A DNA stretch of 64,000 nt from Flavobacteriaceae bacterium (GCA_021739635.1 JAIPBH010000001.1:105209-169208), one strand, 5' to 3'. Counted from the stretch's first letter, positions 9,862 to 20,920 are shown. Program-made: numbers and translations. The notes: generated by a model from the letters alone, not told the origin.

Positions 9862-10964
9862 TGATTTGGTTTTGAAATAAGATTATTTATAAAGATAGTT
9901 AATTGTGTAATAATTAAAAATATTTCTAAAAAAGGAAGGAATAAAAGTATATCTTTTTCACCAAATTTTTTTGTTGAAAATCCAACAATGGTATATTGAA
10001 TAATAAGTCTTAATAGAAAAAGCGTAAGAACAATATGCCACTTAAATGTCGCTATTAAAAGAATTGTTGCTAAAACCCAAAAAAACAATTGAGATGTATA
10101 TAAGCTACCAAGTAATATTTTATGTTTTAATTTGTAATAATTTGCTGTAGAAACATGTCTTCTTTTTTGATTAAACCAATCTTTAAAACGTGTTTCTGGA
10201 ATAGATTTGGTGAAACTTTCTTGCGAAAAACAAATACTCGTATTGTTAATATTTGCAATTTGATTAACAAACAAATCGTCATCACCAGAGCGAATGTTCA
10301 TATGGTTAATAAATCCATTGGCGTTGAAAAACTCACTCTTTTTATAAGCTAAATTTCTGCCAACACCCATATAAGGTAATCCTATTTTGGCAAATGAAAA
10401 ATAATGAATAGCTGTCATTAAAGTTTCAAATCTTATGAGTTTATTTAGGAGAGATTTTTTAACTTTTTTATAAGCTCCATATCCTAAAACAATGGTTTTG
10501 GTATCATTAAAATGAGAGCTCATTTCAGAAATCCAATGTTCAGAAACGGGTTTGCAATCGGCATCTGTAAATAAAAGGTAATCATATTTAGCTGCCTTTA
10601 TACCAAGTGTTAGTGCATATTTTTTGTTTCCCCAAAAAGCTTCAATATTTTTTACATTAACAATTTTAATGGTATCATGTTTGCTTGCAAAAGACTCCAT
10701 AACCTTTAAGGTTTTATCTGTTGAAGCATCATTAATTAAAATGATTTCAAAATTTGGATAAACTTGGGAAATTATTGAAGCTAAAAATTTCTTTAAATTT
10801 TTAGCTTCATTTTTAGCACAAATAATAACAGAAATAGGAATATTACTTGAAAATCCTTTTTTTGATTTTTGGAATGCAAATTTTCCAAAGAAAAAAATAT
10901 ACAAACCAACTTGAATGCAAACTACAAATAAAAATAAGTAGAATAGAAAATCAAGTAATTTCAT
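9852..10964 (-). CDS. family 2 glycosyltransferase, membrane-anchored
   Basis: VIICAKNEA...LINDASTD...FTDADC, the typical GT2 DxD architecture, with TM segments at both ends. Confidence 0.8.
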   Translation of the reverse strand: MKLLDFLFYLFLFVVCIQVGLYIFFFGKFAFQKSKKGFSSNIPISVIICAKNEAKNLKKFLASIISQVYPNFEIILINDASTDKTLKVMESFASKHDTIKIVNVKNIEAFWGNKKYALTLGIKAAKYDYLLFTDADCKPVSEHWISEMSSHFNDTKTIVLGYGAYKKVKKSLLNKLIRFETLMTAIHYFSFAKIGLPYMGVGRNLAYKKSEFFNANGFINHMNIRSGDDDLFVNQIANINNTSICFSQESFTKSIPETRFKDWFNQKRRHVSTANYYKLKHKILLGSLYTSQLFFWVLATILLIATFKWHIVLTLFLLRLIIQYTIVGFSTKKFGEKDILLFLPFLEIFLIITQLTIFINNLISKPNHWK

Positions 10965-10967
10965 AAA

Positions 10968-11174
10968 CTACGAAGCATGTTTAGGCTCATTGCATTCGCT
11001 AAATTGATCTGGAGTTTTTCCGCAAAATCCACAAGCTTGACCATCTTTGTTTAACATTGGGTTTTGACTTGCACAAGTTCCAGCAAATTTACCATCTTTT
11101 TTTGCCCAAAGTTTTATAGCTATTCCTGCTATTCCTAAACCTAGTAAAATGATAGTTATTAATAGAAGTTTCAT
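10968..11174 (-). CDS. small Cys-containing membrane protein, unknown function
   Basis: One N-terminal TM helix and four cysteines including CGFCG. Lies 3 nt upstream of the GT2 gene. Confidence 0.45.
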   Translation of the reverse strand: MKLLLITIILLGLGIAGIAIKLWAKKDGKFAGTCASQNPMLNKDGQACGFCGKTPDQFSECNEPKHAS

Positions 11175-11250
11175 TTGAATTGAAATTTAGAACAAAGATA
11201 GTGGTTTTGAATAAAAAATTTATAAAAATAAAGAGTTGTATTTAATGCAA

Positions 11251-11292
11251 AAGAGTCTTATTTTAATTTTTAAAAATAAGACTCTTTTTTTT
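11251..11292. terminator. 14-bp hairpin downstream of the anti-sigma gene
   Basis: AAGAGTCTTATTTT (11251-11264) / AAAATAAGACTCTT (11273-11286). The T run is strong on plus and weaker on minus. Confidence 0.4.
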
Positions 11293-11305
11293 AAGTACTA
11301 ATAAT

Positions 11306-12094
11306 TTATTTTAATTGTATTTCAGCAACTGAATTTTCTAAAGAAGCAACGGTATTTCCTCCTTTAGGTTCAATAGTAATATTTAAACCAAGAGCATCTT
11401 CAGTATATGGAATAGCTCTAAGTTGTCTGTCAGTTTCATTTAAAATACCTAAACTTACCATTTTGCCTTGAAGCTCAGCCCAAATTTGGTAACATTTATC
11501 TTGTGGTAATTGGGGTAAAGCTACCACATCAATCATTGATGTTTTTTCTTTAGGATTTATGTAGGCAACAGTTTTTAAATTTTTTGCTCTGTTATTACCT
11601 TGCATAATGTATTTATAGGTTTCGGGGTCATTTAGTTGCTTAAACTGATGCATGATATCATCAAGTTTTTTATTATTCATTTCAATATCGCTTCGCAAAT
11701 CAAAAATTTCATCAACCACTACTTGGTTTTCTTCTGATAGTTTTTGATTTTTATTATGAAGATAAAATGATTGACCAGCAAAAATTAATGCTGCAATACT
11801 GGCTGCTATACTCAATTGATGCCACTTTTTATACTTTTTTGTAGTGTTCATTTGTATTACAGATTTTTCATCAAGTTCTTCTAAAATATTATTTAGAATA
11901 TTTCTTGGAGCTTCAACAGCATTTGTTTTTGCTACAACTTCTAAATTAAACTGTAAAGTATTATATGCATTTTCTACTTCTGGATGTCTTGCAATATAAG
12001 ACTCAATATGTTCAGTTTCTTCAGAAGAAGTTTCTCCTAATAGATATTTTTCTAATAGGCCAGAATTTAAAAAAGTAGTTATTTTTTCATTCAT
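11306..12094 (-). CDS. anti-sigma factor (RskA-like C-terminal domain)
   Basis: Central TM helix and C-terminal CYQIWAEL...IEPKGG resembling RskA. Lies immediately downstream of an ECF sigma gene. Confidence 0.7.
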   Translation of the reverse strand: MNEKITTFLNSGLLEKYLLGETSSEETEHIESYIARHPEVENAYNTLQFNLEVVAKTNAVEAPRNILNNILEELDEKSVIQMNTTKKYKKWHQLSIAASIAALIFAGQSFYLHNKNQKLSEENQVVVDEIFDLRSDIEMNNKKLDDIMHQFKQLNDPETYKYIMQGNNRAKNLKTVAYINPKEKTSMIDVVALPQLPQDKCYQIWAELQGKMVSLGILNETDRQLRAIPYTEDALGLNITIEPKGGNTVASLENSVAEIQLK

Positions 12095-12105
12095 GACGTT
12101 ATTTA

Positions 12106-12636
12106 TTAAGGATTATAAATTTTCTTCAATTCACGTAATCCAATTTTTAATCTTGATTTTATTGTTCCAAGTGGAATATCTAATTCTTCACTTGCTTCTT
12201 GTTGTGTCATGCCTTCAAAAAAGAGAGCATTTAACACAATTTGATACTTCTCATCTAAACTGCTTAAATGTTTTTGGATGTCTAAAACATCTTGATTCAA
12301 TTCGTTTGATGTTATTCTATATACGGGTGAGGTCTCAATTTGGACTTCATTAGTGTTTTTATTTTTTAATGATCTTACCTTGTCAATAGCTGTATTGTAA
12401 GCAATTCTATAAAGCCAAGTGAATAATTTTGCTTTACTAGGATCATATTTTTTTGAGTTTTTCCAGATTTTAACAAAACTTTCTTGCAAAACATCTTGAG
12501 CTATTTCTTCATCTGTAATTATTTTTAAAATAACGCCATAAATAGCATCAGCATAATATTCATATAACAAATTAATGGCTTTTTTATCGCCATTTTTTAA
12601 TAAGTTAACAATTTCGTTTTCTATGGGTGAAATCAA
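12106..12636 (-). CDS. ECF RNA polymerase sigma factor
   Basis: Sigma-70 region 2 and region 4 (LFFEGMTQQEASEELDIPLGTIKSRL). Confidence 0.85.
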   Translation of the reverse strand: MISPIENEIVNLLKNGDKKAINLLYEYYADAIYGVILKIITDEEIAQDVLQESFVKIWKNSKKYDPSKAKLFTWLYRIAYNTAIDKVRSLKNKNTNEVQIETSPVYRITSNELNQDVLDIQKHLSSLDEKYQIVLNALFFEGMTQQEASEELDIPLGTIKSRLKIGLRELKKIYNP

Positions 12637-12702
12637 GATAATTAAGTTTAGTTAGTGAATATTATAATGTTTAACGAAATCAAAGTTAGATATTTTTTTA
12701 AA

Positions 12703-13716
12703 TTATAAGATATTTACTTCAGCTTCAATAAAAATGTTGAAAAGGCGTAAAACTGTTTTTTGAATTAATTTTGAAAGTTCTAAAATGTCTGAACCTTTTG
12801 CTTGTCCATAATTAACCAAAACCAATGCTTGATTTTTATGGACACCATAATCACCAAATCGTTTTCCTTTAAAACCAGCTTTTTCAATAAGCCAACCTGC
12901 TGGCACTTTAACTTCAGTTTCAGAAATCGAATAGCTAGGAGCATCAGGAAAATTTAGCAATAAAGCGTTAAAATCTTCTTTTGAAATAACTGGGTTTTTA
13001 AAAAAACTTCCACTGTTTCCAATGTCTTTAGGATTTGGTAATTTACTTTCTCTAATAGAAATAACGGCTTTTGAAATGTCTTGAATTGTAGGGTTTGTAA
13101 TGTTCATGGATTCTAATTCAGATGAAATAGTGCCGTAATTTATATTTAGTTTGTGATTCCTTTTTGTGAATTTAAAAGTAACATTTGTAATAATGTACTT
13201 TTCTTTTTCTTGTTGTTTGAAAATGGAATCTCTGTACCCAAAATCACATTCAGATTTTGAAAATGTATGAGTTTCAAGAGTTTCTAAACACAAACCTTCA
13301 CAAGAAACAAAACTGTCTTTCAATTCTACACCATAAGCACCAATATTTTGAATTGGAGCTGTTCCTACATTTCCAGGAATTAATGATAAATTTTCAATGC
13401 CACCAAAATCTTGCTTCATACACCAAAGTACAAATTGGTGCCAATTTTCACCAGCTTGAGCTTTCACTATTACAAAATCATCATCTTGAGAGATGATTTC
13501 TATCCCTTTTAAGTTAATGTGAATTACTAATTTATCCTGATTTTTTGTTAGTAACATATTACTGCCACCACCTAAAATAAGCTTGTTTGGATAGTTTTTT
13601 GCAGACAAAACATCTTTTAGTTCTGTAGTATTATTTACTGAAACAAAAGATGTTGCTGTTACATCAATACCAAAAGTGTTGTATGGTTGTAGTGATATGT
13701 TGTGCTGAATTTGCAT
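12703..13716 (-). CDS. murB: UDP-N-acetylenolpyruvoylglucosamine reductase
   Basis: FAD-binding N-terminus (LGGGSNML) and C-terminal AGWLIEKAGFKGKRFG motif. Confidence 0.9.
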   Translation of the reverse strand: MQIQHNISLQPYNTFGIDVTATSFVSVNNTTELKDVLSAKNYPNKLILGGGSNMLLTKNQDKLVIHINLKGIEIISQDDDFVIVKAQAGENWHQFVLWCMKQDFGGIENLSLIPGNVGTAPIQNIGAYGVELKDSFVSCEGLCLETLETHTFSKSECDFGYRDSIFKQQEKEKYIITNVTFKFTKRNHKLNINYGTISSELESMNITNPTIQDISKAVISIRESKLPNPKDIGNSGSFFKNPVISKEDFNALLLNFPDAPSYSISETEVKVPAGWLIEKAGFKGKRFGDYGVHKNQALVLVNYGQAKGSDILELSKLIQKTVLRLFNIFIEAEVNIL

Positions 13717-14906
13717 TAATCTTTATAAACTTTTAAAGCTTGTTTAATAATATTTACTGCTTTTATTAAACTTTCTTTTTTAAGTACGTATGCAATTCTA
13801 ATTTGGTTTAAGCCAACACCAGGAGTTGAATAAAATCCTGCGGCAGGAGCAACCATAACGGTTTCGCCATTTACCTCAAAATGCTCTAAAAGCCATTGCG
13901 CAAAATCATCAGAATTTTTAACAGGCAATTCAACAATACAATAAAAAGCGCCTTTAGGTTTTGCAACTTTTACGCCATCTATCTTTTGTAGTTCTGCTAT
14001 TAAGGTGTTTCTTCTTTCTACATATTCTTCAATAACATCATCAAAATAACTTTGAGGTGTTTCAAGAGCTGCTTCACTAGCAATTTGTGCAAATGTTGGT
14101 GGACTAAGTCTTGCTTGAGCAAATTTTAAAGCGGTTTGAATAACAGCTTTATTTTTTGAAACAATACAACCTATTCTGGCTCCGCACATACTATAACGTT
14201 TTGAAACAGAATCAATCATAATGGCATACTCTTCTAAACCTTGCTCTTGCATAACAGAATAATGCGTATGGCCATCATAAGTAAACTCTCGGTAAACTTC
14301 ATCAGCTATCAAAAACAAATCATGTTTTTTAACAATAGCTGCCAGTTTTTTAATTTCTTCTTTTGAATATAAATAACCTGTTGGGTTTCCTGGATTACAA
14401 ATTAAAATCGCTTTTGTTTTTGGTGTGATAAGTTTTTCAAATTCTTCAATGGCAGGTAAAGCAAAATTATCTTCAATTTTAGAAATAACAGGAACAATAT
14501 TTATACTTGATGCTGTTGAAAAACCATTATAGTTTGCGTAAAATGGTTCCGGAATAATAATTTCATCATCAGTATCCATAATGCTTCCAAAAGCAAAAAG
14601 TAAAGCCTCACTTCCGCCAGTGGTTACAATAATATCGTCATGAGATACATGAATGTCTTTTTTTGAATAGTAAGTAGCTATTTTTGATCTGTACAGTTCA
14701 GAACCTTCAGATCTTGAATAAGCCAATACTTCAAGTGTATTTTCTTTTACTGCTTTTAAGGCAATTTCTGGTGTTTTAATATCTGGCTGCCCAATGTTTA
14801 AATAATAAATCTGTTTTCCGTTTTTAATTGCTTGTTCTGCATATGGTACCAATTTCCTTATTGGAGATTGAGGCATCAACAGCCCTTTGCTAGATATTTT
14901 TGGCAT
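13716..14906 (-). CDS. class I/II PLP-dependent aminotransferase (aspartate aminotransferase-like)
   Basis: NPGNPTG and SVSKRYSMCGARIG (PLP lysine) motifs. Confidence 0.85.
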   Translation of the reverse strand: MPKISSKGLLMPQSPIRKLVPYAEQAIKNGKQIYYLNIGQPDIKTPEIALKAVKENTLEVLAYSRSEGSELYRSKIATYYSKKDIHVSHDDIIVTTGGSEALLFAFGSIMDTDDEIIIPEPFYANYNGFSTASSINIVPVISKIEDNFALPAIEEFEKLITPKTKAILICNPGNPTGYLYSKEEIKKLAAIVKKHDLFLIADEVYREFTYDGHTHYSVMQEQGLEEYAIMIDSVSKRYSMCGARIGCIVSKNKAVIQTALKFAQARLSPPTFAQIASEAALETPQSYFDDVIEEYVERRNTLIAELQKIDGVKVAKPKGAFYCIVELPVKNSDDFAQWLLEHFEVNGETVMVAPAAGFYSTPGVGLNQIRIAYVLKKESLIKAVNIIKQALKVYKD

Positions 14907-15034
14907 TTGAAATAAGATTATAAGTTACAAAGTTGAGAAAATTATCTTAAAGTTTATTTAAAAATAGGGCATATTTGAATCAAGTGGCAAAAGGATTTGT
15001 AAATTAATAGCATATAGTTTAGACTCATGTTTTT

Positions 15035-16375
15035 ATGAAAAAATTATTAAGCATAGTATCATTGTTATTTTGCTTAAATAGCTTTGCATTTTATCAAGGA
15101 AAATTTACCATCCAAAACAAAAAGAAATCAGATAAAATTCATTTTCAACTAATTAATAATTTAATTATAATACCGGTTGAAGTTAATGGAATTGAATTGT
15201 CTTTTATATTAGATACTGGAGTAAGTAAAACTATAATTTTTAATTATTTAAATGTTTCAGATTCTTTGATAATTAAAGATCCAGAACCTATTTATTTAAG
15301 AGGTCTTGGAGAAGGAGAATCAGTTGAAGCTTTAAAATCAAGAAATAACATTTTTAAGGTTGGAGATGCTATAAATATGAGTCAAGATTTATTTGCCGTA
15401 TTTAACGAAAACATAAATTTTACACCAAGATTGGGTATTCCTATTCATGGAATTGTGGGTTATGATTTGTTTAAAGATTTAGTGATAGAAATTAATTATT
15501 CAAATAAATATATCAAGTTAACTCAACCAGAAAAATTTAATTATAAAAAATGTAATAATTGTGAAACGCTTAATTTAGAATTTTATAACAACAAGCCATA
15601 TCTTAATGCTTCAGTTAAAATTGAAAATAAGGAGATACCAATAAAGTTACTTATAGATTCTGGAGGAAGTGATGCTTTGTGGTTGTTTGAAGATGAAGCC
15701 TTAGGAATTAAGCATAGTAATAAATATTTTAATGATTTTCTTGGCCATGGTTTAAGTGGAAGTGTTTATGGTAAACGTTCTAAAATAGATGAAATTTCAT
15801 TACAAGGCTTTGTGCTTAAAAATTCTAATGTGGCATTTCCAGATTCTTCTTCTATTTCCTTTGCCAAGCAATTTAAAGATAGAAATGGAAGTTTGGCAGG
15901 AAATATTTTAAAAAGATTTAATATGATTGTTAATTATCAAAAGGCCACGTTAACTATCAAAAAAAATAGTCTTTTTAAACAAGATTTTAGCTATAATAAA
16001 AGCGGTATTGAGCTAGTTCATGATGGTGTTAGATTTATTAAAGAAAAAGATTATTCAAATTCAAATAATAAAAATATTTTAGCAAGTGAAGATGTACAAA
16101 ATAGGAATAAGATTATTTTAGATTTTAATTATAAACTAACCTTAAAACCAGCTTACGCCATTGCTGAACTTAGAGAAAATTCTCCAGCTTTCAATGCCGG
16201 ATTAAAAGTTGGTGATGTTGTTTTAAGTATTAATGGAAAATCAACCCATCAATTTACATTACAAGACTTAATGCTTAAATTTTATGATAAAGAAGGTACT
16301 AGAATAAAGCTGTCTATTGAGCGAGATGGAAAAGTGTTTTCTGTCTATTTTAATTTAGAAAACCTATTTGAATAA
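15035..16375 (+). CDS. secreted retropepsin-like aspartyl protease with a C-terminal PDZ domain
   Basis: Signal peptide, LDTGVSKT and IDSGGSDA aspartyl motifs, and a PDZ-like GLKVGDVVLSINGKS. Confidence 0.7.
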   Translation: MKKLLSIVSLLFCLNSFAFYQGKFTIQNKKKSDKIHFQLINNLIIIPVEVNGIELSFILDTGVSKTIIFNYLNVSDSLIIKDPEPIYLRGLGEGESVEALKSRNNIFKVGDAINMSQDLFAVFNENINFTPRLGIPIHGIVGYDLFKDLVIEINYSNKYIKLTQPEKFNYKKCNNCETLNLEFYNNKPYLNASVKIENKEIPIKLLIDSGGSDALWLFEDEALGIKHSNKYFNDFLGHGLSGSVYGKRSKIDEISLQGFVLKNSNVAFPDSSSISFAKQFKDRNGSLAGNILKRFNMIVNYQKATLTIKKNSLFKQDFSYNKSGIELVHDGVRFIKEKDYSNSNNKNILASEDVQNRNKIILDFNYKLTLKPAYAIAELRENSPAFNAGLKVGDVVLSINGKSTHQFTLQDLMLKFYDKEGTRIKLSIERDGKVFSVYFNLENLFE

Positions 16376-16378
16376 AAA

Positions 16379-16410
16379 AGGCCTAAACAAATTTGTGTTT
16401 AGACCTTTTG
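16379..16410. terminator. bidirectional hairpin between convergent genes
   Basis: AGGCCTAAACA / TGTTTAGACCT (one mismatch) flanked by an A run and a T run. Confidence 0.45.
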
Positions 16411-16433
16411 TAAGATTTTTAAGAAGTTAAAAA

Positions 16434-16862
16434 TTATTGTTCTACAACACTTTTGTCTTTCTTTTCTAATAAACTTTCTTTACTAGAATCAATAACTTCT
16501 CCTTTAATTTTTAAAGCAACAGTTGGAGTACTTGCATTTGAAATAACAGTTATAGTTTTTCTAATAGGATTTACTCTATTAGTATCATATTTCACTTGAA
16601 TTTCACCTTTTTGGCCAGGTAAAATAGGTTCTTTTGACCATTTAGGAACTGTACAACCACAACTAGAAGTTACTTTTGATACTATTAAAGGAGCATCCCC
16701 CGTATTTGTAAATTCAAATACTCTTAATCCGTCTGCACCTTTTTCAATAGTTCCGTAATCTACAGTATCAGATTTAAAATCAATTTTAGCTACTTTTTCT
16801 TGAGCATTAACATAAAAGCTGATTAAACCGATAAATAAAATAGTAATTAATTGTTTCATCAT
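16434..16862 (-). CDS. DUF1573 domain protein (secreted)
   Basis: Signal peptide and SSCGCTVPKWSKEPILPGQKG, characteristic of DUF1573. Confidence 0.8.
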   Translation of the reverse strand: MMKQLITILFIGLISFYVNAQEKVAKIDFKSDTVDYGTIEKGADGLRVFEFTNTGDAPLIVSKVTSSCGCTVPKWSKEPILPGQKGEIQVKYDTNRVNPIRKTITVISNASTPTVALKIKGEVIDSSKESLLEKKDKSVVEQ

Positions 16863-17007
16863 AAAAATTTTAAAATGTTAGTAAACATAGTTACTTTTTC
16901 CACAATCTGCAAAAAAAATAGATGAAATGCGTTTTTGTTAACACTTTGTTCTATCATCATTTTTTGTCAATAATAACTATTGGCTTTCACAGAAAAAGAA
17001 ATATAAG

Positions 17008-17015
17008 TACTTTTG
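17008..17015 (+). promoter_or_regulatory. candidate Bacteroidetes -7 promoter box for valS
   Basis: TACTTTTG fits TAnnTTTG and lies 31 nt upstream of ATG 17046. Confidence 0.3.
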
Positions 17016-17045
17016 CTAATCAATATTCAAAAACTATTCCAAAGT

Positions 17046-19676
17046 ATGCAAATTCCATCAAAATATGATGCAAGTCAGGTAGAAAGTAAATGGTATGAGT
17101 ACTGGATGAAACATCATTTTTTTCATTCAGAACCAGATGAAAGAGAACCATATACTATAGTGATTCCTCCGCCTAATGTTACAGGTATTTTACATATGGG
17201 GCATATGCTTAATAATACTATTCAGGATGTTTTAATTCGTCGCGCTCGTTTACAAGGAAAAAACGCTTGTTGGGTTCCTGGTACAGACCATGCATCTATT
17301 GCTACAGAAGCAAAGGTAGTTGCTAAACTAAAAGAACAAGGTATTGATAAAAACAATTTATCTCGTGAAGAGTTTTTAAAACACGCTTGGGATTGGACAC
17401 ATGAGTATGGTGGTGTAATTCTTGAGCAGTTAAAAAAACTAGGTTGCTCATGTGATTGGGATAGAACCAAATTCACAATGGATGATGACATGAGTGAAGC
17501 TGTTATAAAAGTGTTTGTTGATTTGTATAATAAAGGTTTGATTTATCGTGGTTACCGAATGGTTAATTGGGATCCGGAAGCAAAAACAACCCTTTCTGAT
17601 GAAGAAGTTATTTATGAAGAACGCCAAGGATTATTATACTATATAAAATATCAAGTTGAAGGCACTAATGATGCTTTAACCATAGCAACAACACGTCCTG
17701 AAACCATTTTTGGCGATACCGCTATTTGTATTAACCCAAATGATGACCGTTTTAAGCATCTTAAAGGAAAAAAAGCCATTGTTCCCATTTGTAATAGAGT
17801 CATTCCAATTATTGAAGACGATTATGTGGATGTTGAATTTGGTACAGGTTGTTTAAAAGTAACGCCAGCTCATGATGAAAATGATAAGGTTTTAGGTGAA
17901 AAGCACCAGCTTCAAGTTATCGATATTTTTAATGATAATGCAACTTTAAATAGTTTTGGATTGCATTATGAAGGAAAAGATAGGTTTTTAGTTAGAAAAG
18001 AAATTCAAAAAGAATTAGAAGAAAAAGAGCACTTAGTAAAAACAGAAAATTACCTTAATAAAGTAGGTACTAGTGAGCGAACTAAAGCAGTTATTGAGCC
18101 TAGATTATCAGACCAATGGTTTCTTAAAATGGAAGACTTGGTAAAACCTGCTATTAAAGCTGTTTTAGAAGATGGCGACGTCAAATTATTTCCTAAAAAG
18201 TTTGAAAACACCTATCGCCATTGGATGGAAAATATTCGTGACTGGAATATTTCTCGTCAATTATTATGGGGACAACAAATTCCCGCATATTACTATGGTG
18301 ATGGAAAAGAAGATTTTGTAGTGGCTGAAACCATTGAACAAGCTCTAACGCTAGCAAAACAAAAAACCAACAACCAACAACTAACAACTAACAACTTAAT
18401 TCAAGACACCGACGCTTTAGATACTTGGTTTTCATCATGGTTATGGCCAATTAGTGTATTTGATGGTATTCGGTATCCTGAAAATAAAGACATTCAATAT
18501 TATTATCCAACCAACGATTTAGTAACTGGTCCAGATATTTTATTCTTTTGGGTAGCTAGAATGATTATTGCAGGTTATGAATACAGAGATGAAAAACCAT
18601 TTCAAAATGTATATTTAACCGGTTTAGTGCGTGATAAACAGCGCAGAAAAATGAGTAAATCCTTAGGGAATTCTCCTGATGCCTTAAAACTGATTGAAGA
18701 GTTTGGAGCCGATGGCGTTAGAGTAGGCTTATTGTTAAGTTCTGCTGCTGGGAATGATTTGTTGTTTGATGAAGCTTTATGCCAACAAGGTAAAGGGTTT
18801 GCTAATAAAATATGGAATGCTTTCAGATTAATTCAAGGTTGGGAAGTAGCCGATATAGAACAGCCTAAATCCTCAAAAATTGCGATTGATTGGTTTGAAG
18901 CTAAATTCCAGGAAACTTTACTAACTATTGAAGACCATTTTAGTAAATACCGCATAAGCGATGCGCTAATGGAAACCTATAAGTTAATATGGAATGATTT
19001 CTGCTCATGGTTTTTAGAAATGATAAAACCAGAATACCAAAAGCCAATTGATAAAACCACCTATCAAGCAGCCATTGCAATTTTAGAAAATAATCTGAAA
19101 ATATTACATCCATTTATGCCGTTTTTAACTGAAGATATTTGGCAATATATTTCTGAAAGAACACCTAAAGAGGCTTTAATTATTTCTAAATGGCCAAAAT
19201 CTGTAAACTATAATAAAGCCTTAATTTCAGAATTTGATTTTGCTTCTGAAGTCGTTTCAGGCATCAGAAATATTAGAAAAGAGAAAAATATCCCTTTTAA
19301 AGATGCCATTCAGTTTTCTGTAATTAATAATGAAAACGTTACATCTACTTTTGATGAAGTTATTGTAAAATTGGGTAATATAGAATCTATCAATTACACA
19401 ACACAAGCCATTGAAGGCGCGTTAACGTTTAGAGTAAAATCAAATGAGTATTTTATTCCAATGGCAGGTGCCATTGATATTGAAACAGAAATTAAAAAGC
19501 TAACGGAAGAGTTAAACTATACCGAAGGCTTTTTAAAATCAGTTCAAAACAAACTTTCAAACGAACGATTTGTTGCTGGTGCGCCTGAACAGGTTATTAC
19601 AAACGAAAGAAATAAGGAAGCCGATGCATTAGCAAAAATAGAAACTATTAAAGCTAGTTTGCAGAGTTTGAAATAA
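17046..19676 (+). CDS. valS: valine--tRNA ligase
   Basis: HMGH (HIGH) and KMSKS motifs and a C-terminal coiled coil. ATG 17046 (MQIPSKYD...) is preferred over the TTG at 17013 used by the ORF track. Confidence 0.95.
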   Translation: MQIPSKYDASQVESKWYEYWMKHHFFHSEPDEREPYTIVIPPPNVTGILHMGHMLNNTIQDVLIRRARLQGKNACWVPGTDHASIATEAKVVAKLKEQGIDKNNLSREEFLKHAWDWTHEYGGVILEQLKKLGCSCDWDRTKFTMDDDMSEAVIKVFVDLYNKGLIYRGYRMVNWDPEAKTTLSDEEVIYEERQGLLYYIKYQVEGTNDALTIATTRPETIFGDTAICINPNDDRFKHLKGKKAIVPICNRVIPIIEDDYVDVEFGTGCLKVTPAHDENDKVLGEKHQLQVIDIFNDNATLNSFGLHYEGKDRFLVRKEIQKELEEKEHLVKTENYLNKVGTSERTKAVIEPRLSDQWFLKMEDLVKPAIKAVLEDGDVKLFPKKFENTYRHWMENIRDWNISRQLLWGQQIPAYYYGDGKEDFVVAETIEQALTLAKQKTNNQQLTTNNLIQDTDALDTWFSSWLWPISVFDGIRYPENKDIQYYYPTNDLVTGPDILFFWVARMIIAGYEYRDEKPFQNVYLTGLVRDKQRRKMSKSLGNSPDALKLIEEFGADGVRVGLLLSSAAGNDLLFDEALCQQGKGFANKIWNAFRLIQGWEVADIEQPKSSKIAIDWFEAKFQETLLTIEDHFSKYRISDALMETYKLIWNDFCSWFLEMIKPEYQKPIDKTTYQAAIAILENNLKILHPFMPFLTEDIWQYISERTPKEALIISKWPKSVNYNKALISEFDFASEVVSGIRNIRKEKNIPFKDAIQFSVINNENVTSTFDEVIVKLGNIESINYTTQAIEGALTFRVKSNEYFIPMAGAIDIETEIKKLTEELNYTEGFLKSVQNKLSNERFVAGAPEQVITNERNKEADALAKIETIKASLQSLK
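18368..18395 (+). repeat. four tandem YAACAAC heptamers inside the valS reading frame
   Basis: CAACAAC CAACAAC TAACAAC TAACAAC read directly. This is the same unit as the intergenic array at 54298-54346. Confidence 0.85.
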
Positions 19677-19738
19677 ATTTATTAAAGCTTTTTTGTTTAA
19701 ATGGGTTTGTTTTATAAATATTAAATAAAGAATATAAT

Positions 19739-20920
19739 ATGAAGGTATTTCTAAAATGCTTTGTTCTATTTCTTTTTATAGGTTGTAAAAATGATGCCAT
19801 AAAAGAAGAAGCCTTAACAGGTGAAATATTAAGTATTAAAACCAAATATGCTCCAGATAAAAGAGTAGCATTATTTAATATTGAAGCTATAAAACGCAAC
19901 GAAAGTTATGTATTAAAAGGAGAAAGTAATTTACCAGAAGCCGTTATTGCTTTAAAAGATTCTCTAAAAGCAGCGAAAATAAATGTTGTAGATAGCATTC
20001 AAATATTGCCTTCGGCTGAATTACATGGTAAAACCTTTGGTTTAATTACTATATCTGTGGCAAACTTAAGGAGTAACCCAAAACATTCTGCAGAGTTGGC
20101 TACACAAGCACTTTTAGGAACTCCAGTAAAACTATTAAAAAAGGAAGGAAGTTGGGCGCTTATTCAAACACCAGACAACTATTTATCATGGGTAGATGAT
20201 GGTGGTATTGTAGAAATGTCTTCTTCTGAATTAGCCTTTTGGAAATCAAATCCTAAAATAATATATACTAATATTAGCGGAAGCACGTATTTAAGTACTG
20301 ATACGCAATCACAAGTTGTATCAGATATTGTTGCTGGTGGTATTTTAGAGCTTTTAGTTGAAGAAAAAGACTTTTTTAAAGTTAAATATCCTGATAACAG
20401 AATTGCTTTTGTAAGCAAAAATGAAGCCCAATTATATGATGATTGGTTGCAAAAAACCAAGCCAACAGCAGCATCGTTAATAGCTACATCAAAAAAATTA
20501 TTGGGATTGCCATATTTATGGGGAGGAACTTCAACAAAAGGAGTTGATTGTAGTGGTTTTACCAAAACAGTGTATTTTTTAAACGGAATGGTTATTCCGA
20601 GAGATGCTTCACAACAAGTAAATACGGGAGAATTAACCGATGAAACTAAAGATTTTGATAAATTACTTCCTGGAGATTTGTTGTTTTTTGGAAGAAAAGC
20701 AACAGATTCTACATTAGAAAAAGTAGTTCATGTTGGTATGTGGATTGGAAATAATGAATTTATTCATGCTTCTGGACAGGTAAAAATTAGCAGCATGGAT
20801 AAAGATTCTCCAAACTTTGATGCTGATAATTTAAACAGATATCTCCGTTCTAAAAGAATTATAAATAGCGAAGATGTTTCGTTAATTAACTTAATAAAAA
20901 CGCCAGTTTTTAAAGATTAA
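19739..20920 (+). CDS. NlpC/P60 (C40) cell-wall peptidase lipoprotein with SH3-like domains
   Basis: Lipobox LFIGC, catalytic GVDCSGF, and downstream H in VVHVGMW. Confidence 0.8.
   Translation: MKVFLKCFVLFLFIGCKNDAIKEEALTGEILSIKTKYAPDKRVALFNIEAIKRNESYVLKGESNLPEAVIALKDSLKAAKINVVDSIQILPSAELHGKTFGLITISVANLRSNPKHSAELATQALLGTPVKLLKKEGSWALIQTPDNYLSWVDDGGIVEMSSSELAFWKSNPKIIYTNISGSTYLSTDTQSQVVSDIVAGGILELLVEEKDFFKVKYPDNRIAFVSKNEAQLYDDWLQKTKPTAASLIATSKKLLGLPYLWGGTSTKGVDCSGFTKTVYFLNGMVIPRDASQQVNTGELTDETKDFDKLLPGDLLFFGRKATDSTLEKVVHVGMWIGNNEFIHASGQVKISSMDKDSPNFDADNLNRYLRSKRIINSEDVSLINLIKTPVFKD

Noticed and set aside
19654-19899. The 81-aa minus-strand ORF spanning the valS end and the NlpC/P60 start.
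   Set aside because: It overlaps the 3' end of valS and the 5' end of the peptidase gene, and it is low-complexity with no motif, so it is probably spurious.
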